Shown here piece after piece: positions 1 through 10,232 of a DNA stretch of 64,000 nt; within the stretch, counting starts at the first letter, position 1; each line of letters opens with the position of its first letter. Source of the DNA: Candidatus Poribacteria bacterium (GTDB lineage Bacteria > Poribacteria > WGA-4E > WGA-3G); the NCBI GenBank assembly GCA_963665235.2, contig CAXXLX010000001.1, positions 2,976,001-3,040,000 of the forward strand. The letters run 5' to 3'. The position numbers were made by a program, and so were the translations under genes. The notes under the pieces were generated by a model, which ran no database searches, had not been told where the DNA came from, and saw nothing but the letters and a program-made list of their open reading frames with translations.

Positions 1-73
1 TAGGTTATTAGGATTTTTTTTCGGTTTTGGTGCCAAATTTCAAGCACGAAACAGCCTAAAGGAGGACACAAAA

Positions 74-1891
74 ATGAACACATCGGCAGGTGAACTCCGC
101 TCTATTCTCGCCACGGATTGTGGCAGTACAACCACGAAAGCAATCCTCATTGAAAAACGGGGGGATGAATATCAACTCATCGTCCGCGGTGAAGCCCCTA
201 CGACCGTAGAAGCCCCAGTGGAAGACGTAACGGCAGGCGTTATCAACGCTATCACGGAGGTAGAGGAGCTTGCCGGCCGCAGGCTGCTTGACGATGGCGT
301 TATCATCAAACCGCAAAACGGCGATGCAGGGGTCGATATCTATATTTCAACGAGCAGTGCTGGCGGCGGGTTGCAGATGATGGTAGCGGGGGTTGTCCGA
401 AATCTGACAGCTGAAAGTGCGGAACGCGCTGCACTCGGTGCTGGCGCGATTGTCATGGATGTCATTGCCTCTAATGACAAACGTCTACCGCACGAAAAAA
501 TTGAACGGATTCGGCAGCTTCGGCCCGATATGCTCCTTCTCTCTGGGGGCGTGGACGGCGGTACAACATCCCATGTCGTTGAGTTGGCGGAGATTATCGC
601 TGCTGCGAAACCGCAACCCCGGCTCGGCATCGCTTACGAACTTCCGCTTATTTATGCCGGAAATAAAGATGCGCGTGAACCGATTCAGGAACGCTTAGCA
701 GATGTTATGTCTCTAGAGATAGTGGACAACCTCCGCCCTGTTCTAGAACGTGAAGAGCTTATGCCAACTCGACACAAGATTCAGGAACAATTCCTAGAAC
801 ACGTCATGGCGCATGCCCCAGGATACAAGAAGCTCATTGACTGGACAGATGCCCCGATTATGCCGACACCGGGGGCTGTGGGTGAAATAATTCAGACAGT
901 TTCATCGCAGCAGGATATTGAGGTGGTCGGTGTAGACATCGGCGGGGCAACTACTGATGTGTTCTCCGTGTTTAAAAACAAAGAAGCCGACCCTATCTTT
1001 AACCGAACGGTTAGTGCCAACCTCGGTATGAGTTATAGTGTCTCCAATGTTTTGGCTGAAGCTGGTTTAGAAAACGTCTTGCGGTGGGTACCGTTTGAAA
1101 TTGAGGTGGGTGACCTGCGGAATCGGGTGAAAAATAAAATGATTCGTCCGACAACGATTCCGCAAACCTTACAAGAACTGATTTTGGAGCAGGCGATTGC
1201 ACGTGAAGCTCTACGGCTTGCGTTTGAGCAGCATAAACAATTAGCGGTAGAATTGCGGGGTGTGCAACAGCAGCGCACTATCTCTGAAGCTTTCGATCAG
1301 GCGGAAAGTGGACAAACGCTCGTCAATATGCTCGCTTTAAATATGTTAGTCGGAAGTGGGGGGGTTTTATCACATGCACCCCGCCGACAACAAGCGATGC
1401 TCATGATGATTGACGCGTTCCAACCGGAGGGTTTGACACATCTTGCCGTCGATAGCATCTTCATGATGCCACAGCTCGGTGTCTTGGCGCAGGTCAATGC
1501 GGAAGCGGCCACCCAGGTATTTGAACGGGATTGCCTGATTCACCTGGGTACCTGTATTGCGCCTATCGGTGTCGGCAAGGCAGGAGAAACGTGCCTCTCT
1601 ATTGAACTCAACCTTCCTGATAAGCCGGGACACACTGAGGAGATTCCTTACGGTGAATTACGGAGGTATCCGCTTGCATTGGATGAAAAGGCAACGGTGA
1701 AGCTTCAACCAACGCGGCGGTTTGACCTCGGTGCGGGACGGGGGCACGAAGTTGAAATGGAAGCGATGGGTGGCGTTGTCGGTCTCGTTATTGATACCCG
1801 CGGCAGACCGCTTGAAATTCCTGGCGATTCTGCACAACGCGTGGCACAACTCAGCAAATGGCAGGAAGCCCTGGAGGCATATCCATCTTGA
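74..1891 (+). CDS. GlmL/MutL-like (glutamate mutase accessory) ASKHA-fold ATPase
   Basis: 605 aa; DCGSTTTK and VDIGGATTDVFS phosphate motifs, SSAGGGL motif; RBS AGGAGG upstream. Confidence 0.8.
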   Translation: MNTSAGELRSILATDCGSTTTKAILIEKRGDEYQLIVRGEAPTTVEAPVEDVTAGVINAITEVEELAGRRLLDDGVIIKPQNGDAGVDIYISTSSAGGGLQMMVAGVVRNLTAESAERAALGAGAIVMDVIASNDKRLPHEKIERIRQLRPDMLLLSGGVDGGTTSHVVELAEIIAAAKPQPRLGIAYELPLIYAGNKDAREPIQERLADVMSLEIVDNLRPVLEREELMPTRHKIQEQFLEHVMAHAPGYKKLIDWTDAPIMPTPGAVGEIIQTVSSQQDIEVVGVDIGGATTDVFSVFKNKEADPIFNRTVSANLGMSYSVSNVLAEAGLENVLRWVPFEIEVGDLRNRVKNKMIRPTTIPQTLQELILEQAIAREALRLAFEQHKQLAVELRGVQQQRTISEAFDQAESGQTLVNMLALNMLVGSGGVLSHAPRRQQAMLMMIDAFQPEGLTHLAVDSIFMMPQLGVLAQVNAEAATQVFERDCLIHLGTCIAPIGVGKAGETCLSIELNLPDKPGHTEEIPYGELRRYPLALDEKATVKLQPTRRFDLGAGRGHEVEMEAMGGVVGLVIDTRGRPLEIPGDSAQRVAQLSKWQEALEAYPS

Positions 1892-1940
1892 TTCAGGTTT
1901 TTGTCCATTTTAGGGTAAATATTAGGAAGGGATTTTTCGC

Positions 1941-2642
1941 ATGAACATTGAACGCGCCACTATAGATGAACTGCTCACACAGATTCGCCAGCACCTACTG
2001 CCACAAGTTGTAAGTCTTGCCGAGTTTCAAACAACTAATGGCTTGCACGAATTTCGGAGTCGGTTACATAGTATCCATTACTACTGTGTCCGTGCCGAAT
2101 TGCCGACCGCGCTGAGTGCTCATGTCGAGGTATTGCTTTCAACGAGTGCAAGCTTTTGGCATCTCATCGCTGACAACGAATTGGCGTTGACAAATCTGAA
2201 GGATTTTACACGCGTGCGGACCCTGTCCGCAGAGGCAGAAGGGATTACCAACCTGGAGGAACTGCTGTCCGGTGAGGATACCCTTCGCGATGTGATTATC
2301 AATAGCATCGCGTTTATGCTGAATTGGAAGGCGAATACCCTATGGGTCGACTCAGCGAAGCGTGCCCAGACCGCTATGACCAAAAATTATATGCTGGAAA
2401 TTCAGGACCGGATTTGGCAGTTTATCAAAGAGAGCACGCCGAAAACAGAACCGATTGACGCGGGGCAGTCTGAACAAATTCGGGAACGTGCTGACAAATT
2501 CATGAAGTTCATCCAAGCAAGCGAGCTGACCCCTGAAGCACAGGTTACCCTATTGATGCAGATTTATACCATGTTGCTACGGCTCCAACTTGGACAGCTG
2601 ATTATTCAATTGGAAGCCCTTCAGGCTGATGAAACCGATTAG
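1941..2642 (+). CDS. hypothetical helical protein
   Basis: 233 aa ORF with RBS, co-oriented with neighbours. Confidence 0.7.
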   Translation: MNIERATIDELLTQIRQHLLPQVVSLAEFQTTNGLHEFRSRLHSIHYYCVRAELPTALSAHVEVLLSTSASFWHLIADNELALTNLKDFTRVRTLSAEAEGITNLEELLSGEDTLRDVIINSIAFMLNWKANTLWVDSAKRAQTAMTKNYMLEIQDRIWQFIKESTPKTEPIDAGQSEQIRERADKFMKFIQASELTPEAQVTLLMQIYTMLLRLQLGQLIIQLEALQADETD

Positions 2643-2665
2643 ACATTGACCTTCAGTTTTCTCTG

Positions 2666-3475
2666 GTGCTCCCCGATATTCAAGGAATGGATTTTATGGA
2701 AAAAGAACTGTTTGAAGCACTTGTCCAAGTCGTTGCAAGGTTAAGAGGTGAAGATGGATGCCCTTGGGACAGAGAGCAGACCCCCGAAACGTTGAAGTCT
2801 ACGCTCATTGAAGAAACCTACGAGACCCTCGAAGCGATTGATAGTGGCGATTCAGGAAAATTGAAAGAGGAATTAGGCGATATTCTCCTGAACATCCTGC
2901 TGCAAGCACAAATTGCCTCAGAAAATCGGGATTTCGACATCTACGATGTGATTGAAACGTTGACAGAGAAGCTGATTCGGCGGCACCCGCATGTCTTTGG
3001 CGATGTGCAAGCGGATGATGCAGAGGCAGTTATGAAAAATTGGGAAGCTATTAAACGTCAAGAGGCGGGTTATGAGGACAGAAAATCGGTGCTTGATGGC
3101 ATTCCGAACGCCTTACCTGCTTTGTTGCGCGCTCAGAAGGTCCAAAAACGCGCAGCGCGGGTCGGTTTCGATTGGCAAAATATCGCGGATGTAATGGCGA
3201 AAGTGGATGAAGAACTCACAGAGGTGAAAGAGAGCCTCTCCAAAGATAACCCGGATGCGGTTGAAATGGAAATCGGTGACCTTCTATTTGCCGTCGTGAA
3301 TCTATGCCGTTTTGTGGACATGGAAGCCGAGGAGACGTTGCGAAAGGCAAACCGCAAATTCATCGCACGTTTCAAACGGATAGAGGCTGAATTGGAGAAA
3401 CAGGGTAAAACTTTTGAAGACCAAACGCTCGCCCAACTTGACGCAATTTGGGAGGCGGTAAAAAAAGAGGAGTGA
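2666..3475 (+). CDS. mazG: nucleoside triphosphate pyrophosphohydrolase MazG (start may be a slightly later ATG)
   Basis: GCPWDREQT, EETYE, EELGD, KLIRRHPHVFG, GFDW, EIGDLLF tandem MazG domains. Confidence 0.93.
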   Translation: MLPDIQGMDFMEKELFEALVQVVARLRGEDGCPWDREQTPETLKSTLIEETYETLEAIDSGDSGKLKEELGDILLNILLQAQIASENRDFDIYDVIETLTEKLIRRHPHVFGDVQADDAEAVMKNWEAIKRQEAGYEDRKSVLDGIPNALPALLRAQKVQKRAARVGFDWQNIADVMAKVDEELTEVKESLSKDNPDAVEMEIGDLLFAVVNLCRFVDMEAEETLRKANRKFIARFKRIEAELEKQGKTFEDQTLAQLDAIWEAVKKEE

Positions 3476-4206
3476 TGAACCCGTTTGAAAGATTCCAAGC
3501 AGACCCAGAATATGTGCAGCTTTCCCAACGTGTCGATGCCTTGAGTTCGGATGCACCGCCTGAATTAGCAATTGTCCATCGTCCGCCTTCCGCTATTTGT
3601 GAGTCGGGACAGAGACTCGGTATTTTTTCGGGTTCTTTCAATCCGCTTACTGTTGCACATACCAAAATAGTTGAGGAGGCGCAAGCGCGGTTCCAATTAG
3701 ATGAGTTGTTACTGCTGCTCGCCAAGTCGAATGTGGATAAAGCGGTATTTGGATGGCCGCTATCCGGACGGCTGCTCACACTCAAACGTTATGCGGAGAG
3801 CCGGGCTGGGGTATCGGTTGCGCTCTCCAGCCATGGCCGCTATCTTGACAAAATATTGGCTTTAAAAGCGGTGTACCCACTACAAACTGAGTATCATTTC
3901 ATTGTGGGGTACGATACATTGGTGCGGATTTTTGACCCAAAATACTACACCGATGTTCATGCAGCGTTGCGGCAGCTTTTTGCGGCGTGCCGTTTCATCG
4001 CCGTTAATAGGGCCCAAGCGGATGCTGAGGCGATAACGGAATTTCTTGTGCAACCCGCTATCCGACCCTATAGTGAATTTATAACGTATCTAGAACTTCC
4101 AGATTTTTATGCCCAGATTTCCTCTACAGCTGTGCGCGAGCGAATTGCGCGAGGCGATACAATCTCTCACCTTGTGCCGCCAATTATCACCGAATTTTTA
4201 GACTAA
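3475..4206 (+). CDS. nicotinate-nucleotide adenylyltransferase-like (NadD family)
   Basis: GSFNPLTVAH, VGYDT, ISSTAVR motifs; TGATG overlap with mazG stop. Confidence 0.8.
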   Translation: MNPFERFQADPEYVQLSQRVDALSSDAPPELAIVHRPPSAICESGQRLGIFSGSFNPLTVAHTKIVEEAQARFQLDELLLLLAKSNVDKAVFGWPLSGRLLTLKRYAESRAGVSVALSSHGRYLDKILALKAVYPLQTEYHFIVGYDTLVRIFDPKYYTDVHAALRQLFAACRFIAVNRAQADAEAITEFLVQPAIRPYSEFITYLELPDFYAQISSTAVRERIARGDTISHLVPPIITEFLD

Positions 4207-4775
4207 CTCCACTGATACTGAATAACCGGTTTTCCCAATTTTTTGCAGGTATAGATATGGGCATCCAGATGTTCACAATGTAGGCAGGAACGTGGAGAGC
4301 GGTTTTCAGAAGCAAGTTCAAAATGGGCGCAGTTTTCTGCGATTTCAGTCATTTCTTGCTGATGTGCTTTGGAAACAGCCTCATCTAAACTCGGTGTTGC
4401 TGCTCTGTCTATTGCGCGTTCCGTTTCGCCAAGCTGTTCCCAGATGCTGTTAATCACCTCTGTCAATATTGCGCGATATGTTTGTTCGCCTGGGGGTTCA
4501 GGGGAATAAAGAATCACCTCATTTTGGAGGCAATAAGTGGCGAGTCCTTTGAGTCTGCTGGTATCGCCTTTCCCGTATTCCTTTCGCAATTCTGCTTTGA
4601 AGCTTTGCTGAAATTCATCCCATTCAATGGCGCGGGTCTCCCACTTTTCCAATAACGGCAAAGAGGGTGTAAGTTCCGGAATCGCCCGGATTCCTGCTAC
4701 TGTTTCATGGCTGATAGCAAACTGATTTTGTGGTCCTGTTTCTGGACGATTTTCAAGTGCATCTAAATATAACAT
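4203..4775 (-). CDS. hypothetical protein, DUF488-like N-terminus with C-terminal Cys cluster
   Basis: LTPSLPLL..W....WDEFQQSFKAEL resembles DUF488; CAHF..CLHCEH..C. Confidence 0.55.
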   Translation of the reverse strand: MLYLDALENRPETGPQNQFAISHETVAGIRAIPELTPSLPLLEKWETRAIEWDEFQQSFKAELRKEYGKGDTSRLKGLATYCLQNEVILYSPEPPGEQTYRAILTEVINSIWEQLGETERAIDRAATPSLDEAVSKAHQQEMTEIAENCAHFELASENRSPRSCLHCEHLDAHIYTCKKLGKPVIQYQWS

Positions 4776-5120
4776 ATTTCTACCTCATCAGAAGTGCTTA
4801 TGTCTTAGTTCTTTTTATTTTAACGTTAAAACTAAAATAAGGTTACGTTTTATATTTATGGGTTTCGTGTCTAGAAGCATGTCTCTATTTTAACACACCC
4901 TGTCTCACAGTTTCCACTCTGTTTTTTCGCTCCCTTTGGGTTTTAATGGCGCAGAGTCTATCAGTACTTTTAGCAGTTGTCCTCTGACATGTCCTTTGCG
5001 AAGACCTTTTGATTCCCTAGTGTCCACAGGATAATTCGGATACCGTAGTGCCGCGTCTCTACCGGATACGTCTGCGGTGTGTGGCGGATAAAAACCGAGT
5101 GCATGTTATTTTTTTTAGAG

Positions 5121-5136
5121 TGGCACGGTTCTTGCG
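5121..5136 (+). promoter_or_regulatory. sigma-54 (-24/-12) promoter consensus
   Basis: TGGCACGGTTCTTGCG = TGGCAC-N5-TTGC in intergenic DNA. Confidence 0.65.
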
Positions 5137-5165
5137 TAACTACATTCAAGCGGTTATTTTGAAAC

Positions 5166-5194
5166 TTGACAGAGGATTCATCGTTTAGTATAAC
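5166..5194 (+). promoter_or_regulatory. sigma-70-type promoter
   Basis: TTGACA-N17-TATAAC. Confidence 0.55.
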
Positions 5195-5243
5195 AACTAT
5201 TTTTCATAGGTGACTGCATTGGGTGAACAGAACATCAAAAAAC

Positions 5244-5266
5244 TTGTCAAACGCGGTGTTTGACAA
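5244..5266. promoter_or_regulatory. palindrome, possible operator or leader hairpin
   Basis: TTGTCAAAC-gcggt-GTTTGACAA perfect 9-bp inverted repeat. Confidence 0.45.
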
Positions 5267-5398
5267 AACATTTGAGACGTTTTGTACACCTTAATTAAAG
5301 CTTATGAAATAACTTCGATTTTACTGAATTAGGCAAAATACATAAGGGTGCTCCTGTTGAGCACTGTGTGAAGTTTAGGTTTGTAGGAGGCACGATTG

Positions 5399-5554
5399 AT
5401 GTTTAACGTAATTCTTGTAGGCGGTTTATGTACGGCGATGGGGATTGGTGCCGGTTACTTAATTCTCAACGCGTTTTTCGCAGGCGTTCAATATATTGCT
5501 AAACCCCGTGTGGTTGATGTTAAAGATACCTCGCAAAAAATACTTGACAATTGA
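5399..5554 (+). CDS. 51-aa small membrane protein (not in ORF track)
   Basis: AGGAGG RBS 8 nt before ATG; MFNVILVGGLCTAMGIGAGYLILNAFFAGVQYIAKPRVVDVKDTSQKILDN. Confidence 0.6.
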   Translation: MFNVILVGGLCTAMGIGAGYLILNAFFAGVQYIAKPRVVDVKDTSQKILDN

Positions 5555-5929
5555 CCCCGTTTGTATTATCGTATAATTTAAGTTGCACGTTGAGGAGCGG
5601 GGTTTCACCCCGAATCCTGTCTATTGAGACAAGCATAGCACCACAATGTAATGCGAATTAACGCGGAGCAAACCGAAGACCACACTCTTTTGAGAGTCAA
5701 CTGGCACTGTGTTTGTGGATGAGATGCCGATTGGGAAGCTGGTATACCGCGATGGACCTATCGCCCAGAGGACAATCTATATCAAAAAAGACGAAATGCG
5801 TGCAACGCAATCGATATTTGAGAACGAATAGGGAGTGCGTTCCGTAACGAAACGGAAATCGGTTGTGGAACGCGCTACTTCCTGTCAACAACGGTTTTCG
5901 TGAGAAAGCCATAACATGCAGCAGCGGAT

Positions 5930-6619
5930 ATGCAGTATCAAGACCTTCATTCCTGGGATGTTACGCCCGAAGAAGCGCGGCATATCCAAAATAGACTGCG
6001 CCCGAAGGTAATCCAGATGGACCGCTTTGGGACCATCAAAACCGTTGCGGGGATGGATATCGGGTTCAGAAATAAAGCAGCCCGCGCCTCCGTGGTCGTC
6101 CTTAGTTTCCCCGATTTGCAGTTAGTAGAATGTGTCGTTGCTGAAAGTCCTATCTGTTTTCCTTATATCCCGGGGTTGCTATCATTTCGGGAAATTCCGC
6201 CGCTTCTAGCGGCGTTTACACGTTTACAAACAGAGCCGGACCTCGTGATAGTGGATGGGCAAGGCATTGCGCACCCGAGACGGTTCGGGCTTGCATCACA
6301 TCTCGGTCTGGTTTTGGATAAACCGACGATTGGATGTGCCAAGTCGCGGCTGTGGGGCCGATACACCGAGCCCGACACGGAACAAGGAGCTTATACGTAC
6401 CTGATGGACAACGACGATGTTATCGGTGCGGCTGTCCGCACCCGCGCAAACGTTCGCGTGGTGTATATATCCATAGGACACCGTATCTCCTTGGATTCGG
6501 CATGCATGTTGACGCAGGCGTGTTGCCGAGGGTATCGCTTACCCGAAACTACCCGTTATGCACACAACGCCGCGTCCGGTAAAATCCCTGAGCGCACCCC
6601 ATCTGTTTCGGAAACGTAG
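5930..6619 (+). CDS. nfi: endonuclease V
   Basis: AGMD, PYIPGLLSFRE, VDGQGIAHPRRFGLASHLG, IGCAKS, RLPETTR. Confidence 0.95.
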   Translation: MQYQDLHSWDVTPEEARHIQNRLRPKVIQMDRFGTIKTVAGMDIGFRNKAARASVVVLSFPDLQLVECVVAESPICFPYIPGLLSFREIPPLLAAFTRLQTEPDLVIVDGQGIAHPRRFGLASHLGLVLDKPTIGCAKSRLWGRYTEPDTEQGAYTYLMDNDDVIGAAVRTRANVRVVYISIGHRISLDSACMLTQACCRGYRLPETTRYAHNAASGKIPERTPSVSET

Positions 6620-6660
6620 GACAGCATTCGAAACGTGTCCATCTAAGTATAAAAAATGCG

Positions 6661-7461
6661 ATGAACGCTAGTACCCCCCTACACTGGTCGTTTGACTACA
6701 ATCAGGGCGCGCAAAACCCCGAATTTGCACAAACATTGCTAAAAACGCTTCGTGGATACGACACGAAATCTGATACAAGGCACAGAGACGCGGCGACCGT
6801 TGTTACGCACGTCTACGAAGTCCTGCCAAACTTCTGGCGCGGCTATAAGCGGGCAACGCCGCGGGAGAAAACACTGTGCATCGGTACCGCTATTGTTGAA
6901 CGGCAGAAGGACGATGCAGATATATGGAATTATTCTGTCCGATACGAGAATACGACAAGTGGAGAGGATGTGAGGCTCAAATTCCGATGTGCTGATGAGG
7001 ACTACCGTCCCCTTACAGACAGATGGCATGTCGGGACGCAAAATAGTGGAGACGATGTATATTCCAGCTTGACGTGTGATGGATATCTCACCTTAAATGC
7101 TGAGATTCGGCTCCGTATCAACGCCACTGAAATTGTCGCAGGAATCGTGAACGATGCCTTACCTTTGACGTGCAATTGGGCACTCTTCGATGTGATTCCT
7201 GCACTCGCGGATACAATTCAAACGTCAGCTATAGGGGTAAACATCGCCCTGCTTGATGACCTAGAACAATTTAGACCGAAAAATAGACTAGGGTTCCTTG
7301 AGTCTATACACGTGCCTATTCCGCTTGATGGCTATTACCTTTACGGCACAGGTGTCCTGCCCTCCTATTGGTGGCTTGATAGCTATGGAAATGTGGCTAT
7401 TGTTTCAAGTGTTTTTGAGACGTTGGTGCTTAAAGAGAAACGGGGACACTTTCATGGATAA
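6661..7461 (+). CDS. hypothetical protein
   Basis: 266 aa ORF overlapping the start of the next gene. Confidence 0.65.
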   Translation: MNASTPLHWSFDYNQGAQNPEFAQTLLKTLRGYDTKSDTRHRDAATVVTHVYEVLPNFWRGYKRATPREKTLCIGTAIVERQKDDADIWNYSVRYENTTSGEDVRLKFRCADEDYRPLTDRWHVGTQNSGDDVYSSLTCDGYLTLNAEIRLRINATEIVAGIVNDALPLTCNWALFDVIPALADTIQTSAIGVNIALLDDLEQFRPKNRLGFLESIHVPIPLDGYYLYGTGVLPSYWWLDSYGNVAIVSSVFETLVLKEKRGHFHG

Positions 7462-8878
7462 ACGTCCGAACATTCTTTTTATTAACACCGACCAGCACTC
7501 ATGGCACGCGCTCTCGGTTTACGGAAATCCGTATCTCCACACGCCTAATATTGACAAACTCCACCGAAACGGAACATCTTTTCGCAACTCTTATTGCACC
7601 GACCCGGTGTGTGCAGCGGCACGCTCCAGCTGGGCGACAGGATTGTACACCTCGGAAACGGGGGTGCCTTTCAACGGAGGACATCTCCACTCAGATATTC
7701 CTGACATTGGACAGGTGCTCAAGGCGGGAGGGTATAGGGCATTTCACTGCGGTAAGTGGCATGTTCCCGGCAGGGATGTCCGTGAGAGTTTTGAGACCCT
7801 TTATTACGGACAACACACTATCGGGGCAGGCGGTGCTGCATATTACGACTCAGCCTCTACACACGCAGTCGCCAATTTTTTGACCACCTACGATAGCGAT
7901 GAGCCTTTTTATCTACAACTCGGTTATATTGACCCGCACGACGTATGCGAATATTTGCATAACCATGAGGAGAAACAGATTCCAAACCCTGTGGAGCAGG
8001 GAATTGTCTCGGAAAAGGCGCTGCCACCGCTTCCGGAAAACTTCAATTACGATGAACGTGAAACAGTGCTACATCGCGTCTGCCGAAGGGTTGATAACGC
8101 ACTTATTCATGCACGCATCCTTAAAGCGGTGCGCGAGTGGGACGAACTTCAGTGGCGTTATTTCACTTGGAACTACTATCGATTCATAGAAAAAGTTGAC
8201 GCGGAAATCGGAAGAGTGCTTGATTTGCTCCGAAAAACAGATTTGCATGAGAACACTGTCATTATTTTCAGCGCGGACCACGGTGAGGCATCCGGGAGCC
8301 ACCAGATGTTTCAGAAGTTCACACTATACGAGGAGAGCGTGCGTGTACCTTTTATCGTAGCATGCCTCGGAGAAGAAATCTCTATCCAAAAAGAGCGGTT
8401 TGACGAAACCCATTTCATTTCAGGCGTAGATATCTTTCCCACTATCTGTGATTACGCAGGAATTGACCCTCCGGAAGCGGTACAAGGGAGAAGCGTACGC
8501 CCTCTTGCTGAAGGGAGAGATGTTTCTTGGCGTGAGTACGCATATATAGAATCCAATTATTGGGGACGCGCAATTGTCACTGAGCAGTATAAATACATCA
8601 CTGAATACAAACCGAAAGAGATAGCCGATTTTCTACCCCCCGGGCCGGATGCTGAAAACCTCGGCGTTGCACAGTTGTTCAACCGACACGTTGTTCCTTC
8701 GGAAACGGTGAATCTAGCAGATGTAGCGGCGTACAGCGAAACGGTTGAAGCGTGCAGGGAGAAACTCTTCGCCCAAGAAGCTGAACTCTGCAGGCGGCAA
8801 ATTGTACATCAAGGTGCACAACGGATAATTTCAAACTGGGGCAAGCGGTTGAACGCCTATTGGACACACGGAGAATAA
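7454..8878 (+). CDS. sulfatase-like hydrolase
   Basis: RPNILFINTDQ, CAAARSSWATG (CxAxR), GKWH, SADHGE, LYEESVRVP. Confidence 0.9.
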   Translation: MDKRPNILFINTDQHSWHALSVYGNPYLHTPNIDKLHRNGTSFRNSYCTDPVCAAARSSWATGLYTSETGVPFNGGHLHSDIPDIGQVLKAGGYRAFHCGKWHVPGRDVRESFETLYYGQHTIGAGGAAYYDSASTHAVANFLTTYDSDEPFYLQLGYIDPHDVCEYLHNHEEKQIPNPVEQGIVSEKALPPLPENFNYDERETVLHRVCRRVDNALIHARILKAVREWDELQWRYFTWNYYRFIEKVDAEIGRVLDLLRKTDLHENTVIIFSADHGEASGSHQMFQKFTLYEESVRVPFIVACLGEEISIQKERFDETHFISGVDIFPTICDYAGIDPPEAVQGRSVRPLAEGRDVSWREYAYIESNYWGRAIVTEQYKYITEYKPKEIADFLPPGPDAENLGVAQLFNRHVVPSETVNLADVAAYSETVEACREKLFAQEAELCRRQIVHQGAQRIISNWGKRLNAYWTHGE

Positions 8879-8915
8879 GGTAAAGGAAATTGGTTTTTTT
8901 ATAGAAGGGGAAAAA

Positions 8916-10091
8916 ATGAATATATTTTCAAAACGCTTAAATCGGTTACCACCCTATATGCTTGGGAAACTGAAGCATTTGACACATGAACGGCGGCAAT
9001 TAGGTGTAGATATTATCGATTTGGGGATGGGAAATCCGAATCAACCGACTCCGCAGCCTATCGTCGATAAATTGACAGAAGCAGCCCAGGAACTACGGCA
9101 TCACCGGTATTCGGCTTCCCGTGGCATCTTCAATCTGCGGCGGGAAATCAGTTGGCATTATGAACGCCGGTTCGGGGTGGATATAAACCCGGACAGTGAA
9201 GCTATTGCCGTTATTGGCACTAAAGAGGGGCTTGGTCATCTCGCTTTAGCCTTAATTGATGAGGGGGATTTGGCGATGGTGCCTAATCCGACCTTTCCTA
9301 TTCATACATATAGCATCGTTCTTGCAGGTGGGAGCGTTGTCAGCATCCCACTAACAGAGGAGAACGATTTTGTTCCCTCCCTTGCCGAAATTACACGCGA
9401 CATTTGGCCGAGACCCAAGGTGTTGATATTGAGTTTTCCGCATAACCCTACCGGGGCTGTGGTAGATTTATCTTTCTTTGAGGAGGTTGTCGATTTCGCG
9501 AAGCAGCAGGAAATGATTGTAATTCACGATTTGGCTTATGCGGACATCGTTTTCGATGGATATAAGGCACCCAGTTTTTTACAAGCGAAGGGGGCGAAGG
9601 ATGTCGGGGTAGAGTTTTTCTCGCTCTCTAAATCCTATAACATGGCGGGATGGCGATGCGGGTTCGCTGTTGGAAATCGGGATATCATTGAGGCACTCGC
9701 GCGTATCAAAGGGTATTACGACTACGGCATTTTCGCACCGATTCAGGTCGCCGCAATTATGGCACTCCGAACACCAGCAGATGTCGTTGCGGAGAACGCC
9801 GACGTTTATCAGAAACGCCGCGATGTGCTAGTATCAGGGTTAAACAGAATCGGTTGGAAGGTGCCGAAACCGATGGCAACTATGTTCGTCTGGGCACCGA
9901 TTCCGGAACCTTGGCAGCATTTGAACTCTATGGCGTTCGCGACGAAACTGCTGAATGAGGCGGAGGTCTGTGTTTCGCCCGGTGCGGGGTTTGGGCACAA
10001 CGGTGAGGGGTACATCCGCATCGCGCTTGTGGAGAACGAAGATAGGATTCGTCAAGCGGTACGGCAAATTCGGAAAGCACTGTTCGGTTAG
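8916..10091 (+). CDS. class I/II PLP aminotransferase (AlaC/LL-DAP-type)
   Basis: DLGMGNP, PHNPTG, HDLAY, SLSKSYNMAGWR. Confidence 0.92.
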   Translation: MNIFSKRLNRLPPYMLGKLKHLTHERRQLGVDIIDLGMGNPNQPTPQPIVDKLTEAAQELRHHRYSASRGIFNLRREISWHYERRFGVDINPDSEAIAVIGTKEGLGHLALALIDEGDLAMVPNPTFPIHTYSIVLAGGSVVSIPLTEENDFVPSLAEITRDIWPRPKVLILSFPHNPTGAVVDLSFFEEVVDFAKQQEMIVIHDLAYADIVFDGYKAPSFLQAKGAKDVGVEFFSLSKSYNMAGWRCGFAVGNRDIIEALARIKGYYDYGIFAPIQVAAIMALRTPADVVAENADVYQKRRDVLVSGLNRIGWKVPKPMATMFVWAPIPEPWQHLNSMAFATKLLNEAEVCVSPGAGFGHNGEGYIRIALVENEDRIRQAVRQIRKALFG

Positions 10092-10232
10092 CAGCTCTTA
10101 ATACGCTTGACAGCGGATTTTAAAATGCACAGCGGGCCGCCCCCCGCTATAACCCTATCGTTCCTATGAGGCGTGGGTTAAGAGGGGGGAAGTAGATTCC
10201 ACGGCGTGTCCATATTTGTAGGCTCGCCTTTG

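Noticed and set aside
5651-5821. Possible selenoprotein (..HCVCG-TGA-DADW..)
   Set aside because: No RBS, no recognisable family, no convincing SECIS; another frame looks equally protein-like
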